In this document: positions 19,382 to 28,636 of the stretch, in pieces
Layout of the letters: each line of letters opens with the position of its first letter
Position numbering within the stretch: the stretch's first letter is position 1
Assembly: GCA_963555995.3 (NCBI GenBank)
Contig: OY821641.1
Span: 2,432,001-2,496,000, forward strand
Direction of reading: 5' to 3'
Source: Vicinamibacteria bacterium
Lineage (GTDB): Bacteria > Acidobacteriota > Vicinamibacteria > Marinacidobacterales > Marinacidobacteraceae
DNA: 64,000 nt
The notes under the pieces: model-generated
The model's database searches: none
What the model was told of the DNA's origin: nothing
What the model saw: the letters and a program-made list of their open reading frames with translations, nothing else
Program-made: the position numbers and the translations under genes

Positions 19382-21321
19382 AAGTCGCCGTTTCGCTGCT
19401 GGTAGCGGCAACCCTCCCGCTGGTTGCCGGCGCGGACGAGCGGCTGCTTGCCGCCGCCCGCGACGGGCAGACCGCCGTCGTCCGGTCCCTCCTCGAAAAG
19501 GGGGCGGACGTGAACGCGGCGCGCGGCGACGGACTGAGCGCGCTGCACTTCGCCGCCGAGGGCGGTCACCTCGCCGTGACCGAGGCGCTGGTGGCGGCCG
19601 GCGCCGCGGTGGACACCGGAACCCGGATCGGTGGCTACACCCCGCTCCAGATGGCGGCGCGGGGCGGGCATGGCGCCGTCGTCGCCCGCCTCCTCGAAGC
19701 CGGGGCGGACCCGAACGCCCGGACCACGAACAGCGGCGTGACCGCACTGCACCTCGCGGCCGCCGCCATCGGGGGCGAGTCGGCCGTGGCCGCGCTGCTC
19801 GACCACGGCGCGGAGCCGAACGCCCGCGAGGAGTCGGCGGGACAGACCCCCCTGTTCTTCGCGGCGGCCGCGAACCGGGCCGTCGCGACGGCCGCGTTGC
19901 TCGCCGCCGGCGCCGACCCCGGGATCACGACCGCGGTGGTGGATGTCCTGCCCACGCTGGCGCTGGACCGGGAAGCCAACCGCCGCTTCCGCGAAATGAT
20001 CGGCGCGCCGCCGCAGCGGATGGGAATGTACGGGCCCCGGGTGGACCCGGACGCCGAACCGCTGGGCGAGCCCAGCCCGGCCCAGGTCCAGGCGGCCATC
20101 CGCGCGCAGCGCGAGTTCCTCCGTTCCGGCCACGACGTCGGTGAGGTGAACCCGCACTCGCTCGGCCGCGTCGGGCCCGACTACCCGGGCGGTCCCGACC
20201 TCGTGCGCCCGCCCTACCGCGAGGTCCTCGTCGGCCGGACCGGCGGACTGACCGCGCTGCTGCACGCCGCCCGCGAGGGCCATGTGGAAGCCGCGACGGC
20301 CCTCCTCGACGGCGGCGCGGACCTCGACCAGGTGAGCGCGGACGGCACCAGCCCCCTCCTGATGGCGGCGCTCAACGGCCAGTTCGACCTGGCCCTCGCC
20401 CTCATCGAGCGCGGGGCGGATCCCGATCTCGGCACCTCGACGGACGGGGTCACGCCGCTCTTCGCCGTCCTCCAGACCCAGTGGGCGCCCAAGTCCAACT
20501 ATCCGCAACCGCGCGCGCAGGACCTGCAGGAGGCCGAACACCTCGACGTGCTCCGCGCGCTGCTCGACGCCGGGGCCGATCCCAACCCCCGCCTCAACAC
20601 CCACCTCTGGTACTGGGAATACGGTCTCACCAAGATGGGGATTGACCTCACCGGAGCGACGCCCTTCTGGCGGGCCGCCTTCGCCCAGGATCTCGAGGCG
20701 ATGCGGCTGCTCGTCGCGCACGGAGCCGATCCTCACACTCCTACCCGCTGGCCCGAGGTCGGGATGCGGGAGCGCCGGCAGCAGGACGGCCGCCAGCAGG
20801 AGGACTCCGCGCTGCCGTGGATCCCCAAGGGGGCGCCGAACGCCTGGCCGATCCACGCCGCGGCGGGGGGCGGATACCTGGGACTGGGCGCGTTCAGCGT
20901 TCGGAACGAGCCCGACCAGTTCCTTCCCGCCGTGAAGTACCTGATCGAGGAACTCGGCGCGGACGTGAACCAGCGCGACTCCTGGCTCTACACCCCGATG
21001 CACTACGCGGCATCACGGGGCGACAACGAGCTCATCGAGTACCTCGTGTCGCTGGGCGGGGACGTCACCGCGATCACCCGCCTCGGGCAGTCCACCGCCG
21101 ACATGGCGCGCGGAGGCCGGGCCGGGTTCTTCACCCGCGTCCCGTACCCAGAGACCGTCGAGCTGCTCCAGAGTCTCGGCTCGACGCTCGAGTGCCTCCA
21201 CACCCACTTCCTCGACACCGGAGACTTCTGCTCCGGCGCGGGCATGGACGACCCGTGGGCGCCCACCGCGACCGACGCGGAGGAAAAGCCCTCCGATTCC
21301 GGAAAGTCCGGACCCCGCTGA
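19378..21321 (+). CDS. Exported ankyrin-repeat protein
   Basis: Signal peptide plus many G.TPL/TALH..AA..G repeats; ATGA overlap with the upstream gene. Confidence 0.9.
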   Translation: MKVAVSLLVAATLPLVAGADERLLAAARDGQTAVVRSLLEKGADVNAARGDGLSALHFAAEGGHLAVTEALVAAGAAVDTGTRIGGYTPLQMAARGGHGAVVARLLEAGADPNARTTNSGVTALHLAAAAIGGESAVAALLDHGAEPNAREESAGQTPLFFAAAANRAVATAALLAAGADPGITTAVVDVLPTLALDREANRRFREMIGAPPQRMGMYGPRVDPDAEPLGEPSPAQVQAAIRAQREFLRSGHDVGEVNPHSLGRVGPDYPGGPDLVRPPYREVLVGRTGGLTALLHAAREGHVEAATALLDGGADLDQVSADGTSPLLMAALNGQFDLALALIERGADPDLGTSTDGVTPLFAVLQTQWAPKSNYPQPRAQDLQEAEHLDVLRALLDAGADPNPRLNTHLWYWEYGLTKMGIDLTGATPFWRAAFAQDLEAMRLLVAHGADPHTPTRWPEVGMRERRQQDGRQQEDSALPWIPKGAPNAWPIHAAAGGGYLGLGAFSVRNEPDQFLPAVKYLIEELGADVNQRDSWLYTPMHYAASRGDNELIEYLVSLGGDVTAITRLGQSTADMARGGRAGFFTRVPYPETVELLQSLGSTLECLHTHFLDTGDFCSGAGMDDPWAPTATDAEEKPSDSGKSGPR

Positions 21322-21346
21322 CCGGGCCGCTCTAGCCGGCTAGGCA

Positions 21347-21503
21347 GCGCGCCGACCGGGACTGGTCTTCAGACCGGCACGCGGGCCGGAGGCCCGCCAA
21401 ATGCGTCGGGCCGCACATCCTGACGGCGCGCCGGCTTGGAACGCCGGTCTCCGACCGGCACGCGCGGCGCTCCGCGCCGCGCACGTCGTAACTCCATTCA
21501 CGC
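21347..21503 (+). repeat. Two REP-like elements (family A: GGCTTGGAACGCCGG-loop-CCGGCAC plus a second GC hairpin)
   Basis: 21433-21485 is near-identical to 39847-39899 and to the reverse complement of 40820-40873. Confidence 0.75.
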
Positions 21504-21525
21504 CCGAGGCTTCTGCCGGACGGAA

Positions 21526-21668
21526 ACATGTCGCACTAGCCCGTCCTCTGGAAGGAATGTGTCGCTGTACCCGAATCTGCGGGAGAAACATGCAGCAGTA
21601 GCGGAGCTGGCTGGTCGGGTACATGTCGCAGTAGCGGGGTCAGCCGTAGAGCGACATGTAGCAGTACG
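21526..21668. repeat. Interspaced mini-array: 5 x 15-bp repeat (consensus ACATGTCGCAGTAGC) with 16-18-nt unique spacers
   Basis: Repeats start at 21526, 21557, 21588, 21621 and 21654 (periods 31, 31, 33, 33). Confidence 0.7.
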
Positions 21669-21676
21669 CTGTCGCC

Positions 21677-22879
21677 ATGGCCGAAACCGGAAGCCGGCGG
21701 ACGGACCTCCGGAACGCGATCCGGGAAGAGGGTTTCCGCCTCGGCTTCTCCGCGGTCGGCTTCGCCCCGCCCCGGCTCCCGGACGCGGGCGAGCGGTTCG
21801 AGGAATGGCTCGCCGGCGGCAACCACGGGACGATGCATTGGATGGCCCGCGACCCCGCCCGGCGGAGCGACGCGGCCAGCATCCGCGACGGCAACGGAGA
21901 CTCGGCCCGAAGCACCGAGAGGACCGTCATCGCGTGCGGCCTCAACTACTACGCGGGCAGTCCGGCTGCCGCGCCACCGGGCGGCGGAGTGATCTCGCAG
22001 TACGCGCGGGGCGAGGACTACCACCGGGTGCTGGATGCGAAGCTCCGCGCCCTCGCGGCATTCGCCGAGTCCGCCGCCGTCGAAGCCGGACTGCTTCCCG
22101 AACGCCCGCCCGGCGCCCGCCGACGCATCCCGACCCTGGTGGATCACGGACCCCTGCTCGAAAAGGCGTTCGCCCAACGGGCCGGCCTCGGCTGGGTCGG
22201 CAAGCACTCGAACGTGATTGCGACCCGCGGCAGTTCCTGGTTCTTCCTCGGCGAGATCCTGTTCCCCGTGGACCTGCCGTCCGACGACCCGCATCCGAAC
22301 CGTTGCGGCACCTGCTCCCGCTGCATGGCCGCCTGCCCCACCGGCGCCATCGTCGAGCCCTACGTGGTGGACAGCCGGCGGTGCATCTCCTACCTCACCG
22401 TCGAACTCCGGGGACCCATCCCGGTCGAGTTCCGGAGGGCCATCGGCAACCGCATCTTCGGCTGCGACGACTGCCAGGACGTCTGCCCGTGGAACCGCTT
22501 CGCCGGGAAGGCGGAAGAACCCCGGCTCGCTCCGACGCCGGACGGGCTCCACACGGAGACGCTCATCGCTCTGCTTCAACTCACTCCCGAGGAGTTCCGC
22601 GTTCGCACCCGACGGAGCGCCGTCCGCCGCGCGGGCTACGCCGGCTTCCTTCGGAACGTCGCCGTCGCACTCGGCAACGTGGGCGGTCCCGGGGCGTTCG
22701 AGGCCCTCACCGAAGCGCTGGACCATCCCGAGCCCCTCGTCCGCGGCCACGCGGCGTGGGCGCTCGCCCAAAGGGATCCGCAGCGGGCGGAACCGCTCCT
22801 GGCGGCGCGGCTCTCCCGCGAACGCGATTCCGCCGTGCGGTCCCAACTGAGCGCTCTCACCGGTCTCTACACCGCCTGA
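21677..22879 (+). CDS. queG: tRNA epoxyqueuosine reductase
   Basis: HGTM.WM, ISQYARGEDYH, VD.GP.LEK, CGTCSRC..ACPT, CISYLT.E, FGCDDCQDVCPWN motifs and a HEAT-like tail. Confidence 0.95.
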   Translation: MAETGSRRTDLRNAIREEGFRLGFSAVGFAPPRLPDAGERFEEWLAGGNHGTMHWMARDPARRSDAASIRDGNGDSARSTERTVIACGLNYYAGSPAAAPPGGGVISQYARGEDYHRVLDAKLRALAAFAESAAVEAGLLPERPPGARRRIPTLVDHGPLLEKAFAQRAGLGWVGKHSNVIATRGSSWFFLGEILFPVDLPSDDPHPNRCGTCSRCMAACPTGAIVEPYVVDSRRCISYLTVELRGPIPVEFRRAIGNRIFGCDDCQDVCPWNRFAGKAEEPRLAPTPDGLHTETLIALLQLTPEEFRVRTRRSAVRRAGYAGFLRNVAVALGNVGGPGAFEALTEALDHPEPLVRGHAAWALAQRDPQRAEPLLAARLSRERDSAVRSQLSALTGLYTA

Positions 22880-22932
22880 GCCCCGACGAGCACCCCGGCG
22901 CTCCGCAGTTCGGCCAAGGCTTTCGCCGCGTA

Positions 22933-23028
22933 GCCCGCCTGCCGGCCCGAACTTATGTGATTCAGCCCGTCTCCCGGCCCGAACTTATGTGATTCGGCCC
23001 GCCTGCCGGCCCCAGCTTGTGTGATTCG
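22933..23028. repeat. Tandem repeat, 3 x 32 bp (GCCCGCCTGCCGGCCCGAACTTATGTGATTCR)
   Basis: Units start at 22933, 22965 and 22997; the array overlaps the 3' end of the methyltransferase gene. Confidence 0.85.
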
Positions 23029-24536
23029 CCCACCGCGAAGAGTGCTCTCGATAGCGGGACGCCGGCCTCGTTTGCGATGCTCAAGGCCAGATGATCGGGA
23101 ACGGGCAGTCGCTCGAGGTTGCGAGGCTCTACCTTGATGGCTCCGCCGCCGTAGGACTTGCCGACGAGTCGAAGGTTCTGGATTGTTTCGGGCGCGTTCA
23201 GGACACGCCACAGGTTGTCCACGGAGTCTGCGAAGCGGGGGTGCGGATACACGCAGAGGAAACAGGTCAACGGCACGACTCCGGCCCGGTTGCGCACGAA
23301 GCGGGAGTTACGGCGACCCAGATAGGCGAAGAGCAGCGGGGGCGGGGTACGCCTCTCCATGCGGTACCAGGGGCGCCGCGTTCGAAGCAGCGCCCGGCGG
23401 TTGAGTCCGTCCTGCTCGCCGCGCCGAATGTACTCCCTGAGTCGTGGTGGCAGGTCATCCGGCGCCTGTCCGTCCAGGCAGAGGAGGTACGTGGGGCGTC
23501 CCGCCCCCTCCAGGCGTTCCAAATCCTCCACTTCCAGAACGTCACCGGGGACGTCCCGGGTCCTGCCAACCACCAGGCGCAGCATCTCCTCGGGAATCCC
23601 TTCCGCCTCGGCCTGCTGCCGGGTAAGCCAGAAGAACGCATTCGCGCCCGTCGCGATCCCACGGCGAACAGTGGCGAAGTCACCGAGCTTGAATCGCGTC
23701 TGGACCGTCGCTGGCGGGCGCGAGAGACCGGTCGTCACGCCCTCGTCCACATCACGATCCGTCCGGTCGAGTGACAGAGGCAGGGAAGAGCGCAGGCCGC
23801 GCTGCATGAGGAGCGTGAGATCCGGTGTCTCGGCTTCGCGGCACCTGATCCAGGCAAACCGCCTCCGCGGCGGTGCGTTCCGGATCATCAGGATCACCGC
23901 GTTCGTATCGACCCCCGGAAACGGCGTCGCATCGGGGTCGAACGCCACCACCGCGTCGAGCCGGAATCGGGACGCGATCCAGGTCCAGAGATGGCGCGCG
24001 AAGACTCCCTCGCAGGTGTCTGCCGGAACGATGAACGCCAGCCGGCCACCCTCCTCCAGCATCGAGAGCGCGCGGATCAGGAAATACACATGGAGTCCGG
24101 CCCGTCCGTCCAGCGGCCGGCCGATTTCGCGGAGACAGAGCTCCCGCAAGGCATTCTTGATGTGGGCGGGGAGGCGGTGGTGGCGGATGTACGGCGGATT
24201 CGCCACGATTGCGCCATAGCGGCCGGGCGGCGGATCCAGGGCGAAATCGCGTTGCTCCACGCGGCAGAAGGGCTTTCCGAAGATCTCGCCTCGCAGCAGT
24301 GATTCGTCAATGTCGGTGCCGAAAAACGTTCGCTCGTCGGACTCCTGCCTGAGCGCCAGGAAAGCCTCGAAGAAGGCCCCGCCGCCGACGGCCGGGTCGT
24401 AGAGGACCGACGAATCGCCCCGCATCGCGTAGGCGACCATCGCCCGCGCGACCCACGGCGGGGTCCAGAACTGGCCCTTTTCCCGGAGCTTCTCGCGGCT
24501 TTCCCAGTCGGTGGGAAGGGAGCTAGAGCTACTCAC
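22962..24536 (-). CDS. N6-adenine DNA methyltransferase (gamma class, type II RM, AccI/Eco57I-like)
   Basis: GQFWTP, DPAVGGGAF, NPPY, GGRLAFIVP, RGIATGAN.FF and YGGG..K.EP motifs; GTG at 24536 is the probable start. Confidence 0.88.
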   Translation of the reverse strand: MSSSSSLPTDWESREKLREKGQFWTPPWVARAMVAYAMRGDSSVLYDPAVGGGAFFEAFLALRQESDERTFFGTDIDESLLRGEIFGKPFCRVEQRDFALDPPPGRYGAIVANPPYIRHHRLPAHIKNALRELCLREIGRPLDGRAGLHVYFLIRALSMLEEGGRLAFIVPADTCEGVFARHLWTWIASRFRLDAVVAFDPDATPFPGVDTNAVILMIRNAPPRRRFAWIRCREAETPDLTLLMQRGLRSSLPLSLDRTDRDVDEGVTTGLSRPPATVQTRFKLGDFATVRRGIATGANAFFWLTRQQAEAEGIPEEMLRLVVGRTRDVPGDVLEVEDLERLEGAGRPTYLLCLDGQAPDDLPPRLREYIRRGEQDGLNRRALLRTRRPWYRMERRTPPPLLFAYLGRRNSRFVRNRAGVVPLTCFLCVYPHPRFADSVDNLWRVLNAPETIQNLRLVGKSYGGGAIKVEPRNLERLPVPDHLALSIANEAGVPLSRALFAVGESHKLGPAGGPNHISSGRETG

Positions 24537-24539
24537 CAA

Positions 24540-24662
24540 AATCACGTCGTCGAGTCGCTGCAACGCCTCGTCGGGGAAAGAGATCACACCGCCCCGGAAG
24601 CGCACATAGGGGAGGATCTGTCCGTTCTTGTCCTTGATGAATTCCGCTACAAGCTCGGGTTC
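24540..24662 (-). pseudogene. Probable C-terminal remnant of an AccI-family restriction endonuclease
   Basis: EPELVAEFIKDKNGQILPYVRFRGG resembles, from memory, AccI-family C-termini; directly precedes the methyltransferase; no N-terminal part is visible. Confidence 0.45.
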
Positions 24663-24724
24663 GGATGTCGAGGTCGCCAGATCGGATTCTGACTCTGAAC
24701 CCCGACACAAGTTGACACGACGAG

Positions 24725-25096
24725 CTATCGGTTGGTCCGTTGCGCCGGCGAATCCGGAGTCCAGAACAGGTTGGCGCCCGCACCGGCTGAGTCGGGCTGG
24801 CGGACGTAACGCTCGGGGATGCCGTACTCGTCGCCGTAGGCCTTGACCGTCTCCCGGATTGCCACCGCAAGCCGTGGCTCTACGCCCTCGAACGCGCCAC
24901 TGCAGTTCATCGCTTCCGCGAGCCACTCCCCCAGTTCGCTTTGCCCCCGCTCATCCATGATGTCCCGGACCTCCATCAGGGCGGCGCCAACGGCGTATTC
25001 CACGAAGAGTTCCGCGAGCACGGCGTCATCGAGGGTCACGGCTCCGTCGCGCATCGGGTGTCCGTAGCTCAGACAGTCTGGGGGTGGCTTGGCCAT
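24725..25096 (-). CDS. Hypothetical acidic protein (123 aa)
   Basis: GGAGGG ribosome-binding site before ATG 25096; protein-like composition; no recognised motif. Confidence 0.5.
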   Translation of the reverse strand: MAKPPPDCLSYGHPMRDGAVTLDDAVLAELFVEYAVGAALMEVRDIMDERGQSELGEWLAEAMNCSGAFEGVEPRLAVAIRETVKAYGDEYGIPERYVRQPDSAGAGANLFWTPDSPAQRTNR

Positions 25097-25244
25097 GGCG
25101 GTCCCTCCGGTGATCGGGCTTCGATCGTAGCAGCCGGACGCGCATCGAATTCGGTGGCGGCGCTGGCAGGTCGAAGGCTCCATCGGCGGCGGTTTGTTGT
25201 GTTACTGCGGCTCCGCGTGTCGGCCAAGCGCCGTAATGGCGCCG

Positions 25245-25567
25245 CCGGCTTGGAACGCCGGCTTCAGCCGGCACCTGCTGCACGAAGCGCAGCGGACTGC
25301 ACGACACTGCCCCGTGCGATGGCGTTCGGTTCCATCACTGCGAACAGCGACTTGACATTCGCGGCCCTGCGGGCCGCGGTGCCGGCTGAAGCCGGCGCTC
25401 CAAGCCGTTCCGCCATTGGGACAGACGGCCCGACGCGCTCTGCGGCCCTGCGGGCCGCGGTGCCGGCTGAAGCCGGCGTTCCAGGCCGTCCCGCCATCGG
25501 GACAGACGGCTCGACGCGCTTCGCGGCCCTACGGGCCGCGGTGCCGGCTGAAGCCGGGGCTCCAGGC
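25245..25567. repeat. REP cluster: one forward copy plus three inverted copies in 81-bp tandem units
   Basis: GCGGCCCTGCGGGCCGCGGTGCCGGCTGAAGCCGGCG.TCCA at 25361, 25442 and 25523; opposite-orientation copy at 25247. Confidence 0.85.
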
Positions 25568-25568
25568 C

Positions 25569-26966
<1,398 letters not shown>

Positions 26967-27042
26967 TTGGGCGCGAAGTATAGGGGCCGGCAGCCCGCCG
27001 GCCGGACGGCCCGCCAGTCCTCCGCCGCGACCATTTCGCGCG

Positions 27043-27843
27043 TCAGGCGGGCAGCAGCAGCGTGAGCAGTTCCTCGCGGGTGAGGAGCGTCTGGGGACCC
27101 TCCAGAAAGGGCGCCACGTCGGCGCGGACGGACTCCCAGGACATGGTCTCCACCCGCCGCGCCACCGCGGGGCGCCAGGTTTCTCCGGTCAGCGGGGCCG
27201 CCGCCGGCTTCGCCTGCCGGAGCGCGGAGTTCAGCAGGCGGAGGTTCGGCGGCGGCCAGCGCCGGTCGGCGAGATACCACCCGAGGTCGTACACGTCGCG
27301 CCCCTTGGCGTACGGACGGCAAAGGACCGCCGCCAGCTTGCCGGCGAGGAGCGAGGCGCGGTCGTGATGGCGGAGGCGGACGGTGACGTGCCGCTGGACC
27401 GTCCGCGTCTCGACCACCGCTCCCGCCGGCGGATTCGCATCCACCTCGATCTTGATGGCCAGCTTCTCCGTGGGATGCGGGGAGAGGCGCGCTTGGTAGA
27501 GGAGACCCGGAAAGCGCAGCCACCCCGCGTGTACCACGCCCTGATCGCGGAGCACGGATTCGATCTCGTAGCCCTCGCCGAGGAACTGGCGCGCCACCCC
27601 GAGCAGCCAGCCCTCAAGGTCATAGGCATTCCGGTCCGTTTCGAGCGCGAAGTCGAGATCCTCGGAGTAACGCGGCATCAGGAAGAGGAACCGGAGCGCC
27701 GTTCCGCCGCAAAAAGCCAGCGGACGGGTTGCGCCCCGGCGCTGGAGTGACTCGAGGATGCGGGCCTGCAGGTATTCGCGCAACACGTTGCGCCCCTGCC
27801 CCGGCGGCGCCTCGCGCGCCAGTTGCAGCGCCAGATCCCTCAC
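27043..27843 (-). CDS. AbiEii/AbiGii nucleotidyltransferase toxin (type IV toxin-antitoxin)
   Basis: FCGGTALR, RYSEDLDF, IKIEVD, K..A...R and KGRDVYDL motifs. Confidence 0.92.
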   Translation of the reverse strand: MRDLALQLAREAPPGQGRNVLREYLQARILESLQRRGATRPLAFCGGTALRFLFLMPRYSEDLDFALETDRNAYDLEGWLLGVARQFLGEGYEIESVLRDQGVVHAGWLRFPGLLYQARLSPHPTEKLAIKIEVDANPPAGAVVETRTVQRHVTVRLRHHDRASLLAGKLAAVLCRPYAKGRDVYDLGWYLADRRWPPPNLRLLNSALRQAKPAAAPLTGETWRPAVARRVETMSWESVRADVAPFLEGPQTLLTREELLTLLLPA

Positions 27844-28484
27844 GGCGTCAGTTTCCGGAACTTCAGCGCCGGGTCGTCCACGCGCGAGCCGAGCACGCCG
27901 GCCGCCCGCCGCAGTTTCGGGCTCCCGGCAGCCGTCGCGAGCCGCATCAGCTCCGCAGAGGAGAACGCCTCCAGATCCAGCCGCAGTTCGTCAATCCAGG
28001 CCGGGTTGTCACCGTCGGGATGGAACCAGGCGAGATCCAGGAACGCCTTCTCGGGGGTGGCGACGAAGGCGTGCCGGCCACGCAGGACTTCCACCCGCCG
28101 GTAGCCGGTCCGCAGGGCGGGCTTCAGGTAGCGGCAGGAGAAGCGTCCCATCGGGGTCTCCCGGCGGAACGGGCGCCCGGGGCCGCAGCTCGTGGTCTCG
28201 AAGACGGCCTCGGGGATCGCGCCGTAGTGGGCGAGCGCGGCCACCCCGCTGACGTAGCTCCCGGGCGACAGGCGGTTGGCGACGATGAAGGGATGCGGGA
28301 ACGTCTTCCGGTAGGGGGGCGCGAGCGCGTAGAGCCCGCGGCGGAGCTGGACGACCTTCCCCGCCCGCCGCCAGCGGTCGAGCTGGCCCGGAAGGGCGGC
28401 CGGGCGCGACTCGTCGGCGGCGAGGAAGCCCGTGTCGAACAGGGGTTCGTCGCCGACGATCTGGAGGAGGGTCTCGAAAAACAT
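27840..28484 (-). CDS. AbiEi-family antitoxin / transcriptional regulator
   Basis: LRRGLY, SYVS..AAL.HYG.IPE and ATPEKAFLD motifs; GTGA overlap with the toxin gene. Confidence 0.88.
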   Translation of the reverse strand: MFFETLLQIVGDEPLFDTGFLAADESRPAALPGQLDRWRRAGKVVQLRRGLYALAPPYRKTFPHPFIVANRLSPGSYVSGVAALAHYGAIPEAVFETTSCGPGRPFRRETPMGRFSCRYLKPALRTGYRRVEVLRGRHAFVATPEKAFLDLAWFHPDGDNPAWIDELRLDLEAFSSAELMRLATAAGSPKLRRAAGVLGSRVDDPALKFRKLTP

Positions 28485-28520
28485 TGCGGTAACTATACAA
28501 ATACGCATAGATCACGCAAT
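28483..28520 (-). promoter_or_regulatory. Promoter and inverted-repeat operator of the abiE operon
   Basis: ATTGCGGTAACTAT-N10-ATAGATCACGCAAT (11/14 inverted match); minus strand reads TTGCGT-N16-TATAGT-N7-ATG. Confidence 0.6.
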
Positions 28521-28579
28521 ATTTTCACGACCAAGCGCGATGCGGCGGTGGTCGCAGCGCCGTCAGGGCGAGTTCAACG

Positions 28580-28636
28580 GTGCGCGGTTTCGCTGCGCTT
28601 TGCGCAGCGGTGCCGGTGTGAACACCGGCGCTCCCC
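28580..28636 (-). repeat. REP-like element (family A variant)
   Basis: CGCTGCGC..TGCGCAGCG hairpin followed by GTGCCGGTG-TGAA-CACCGGCGCTCC. Confidence 0.55.

Noticed and set aside
21526-21668. Canonical CRISPR array call
   Set aside because: Repeats (15 bp) and spacers (16-18 nt) are too short and degenerate and no cas genes are present; kept as an unexplained array
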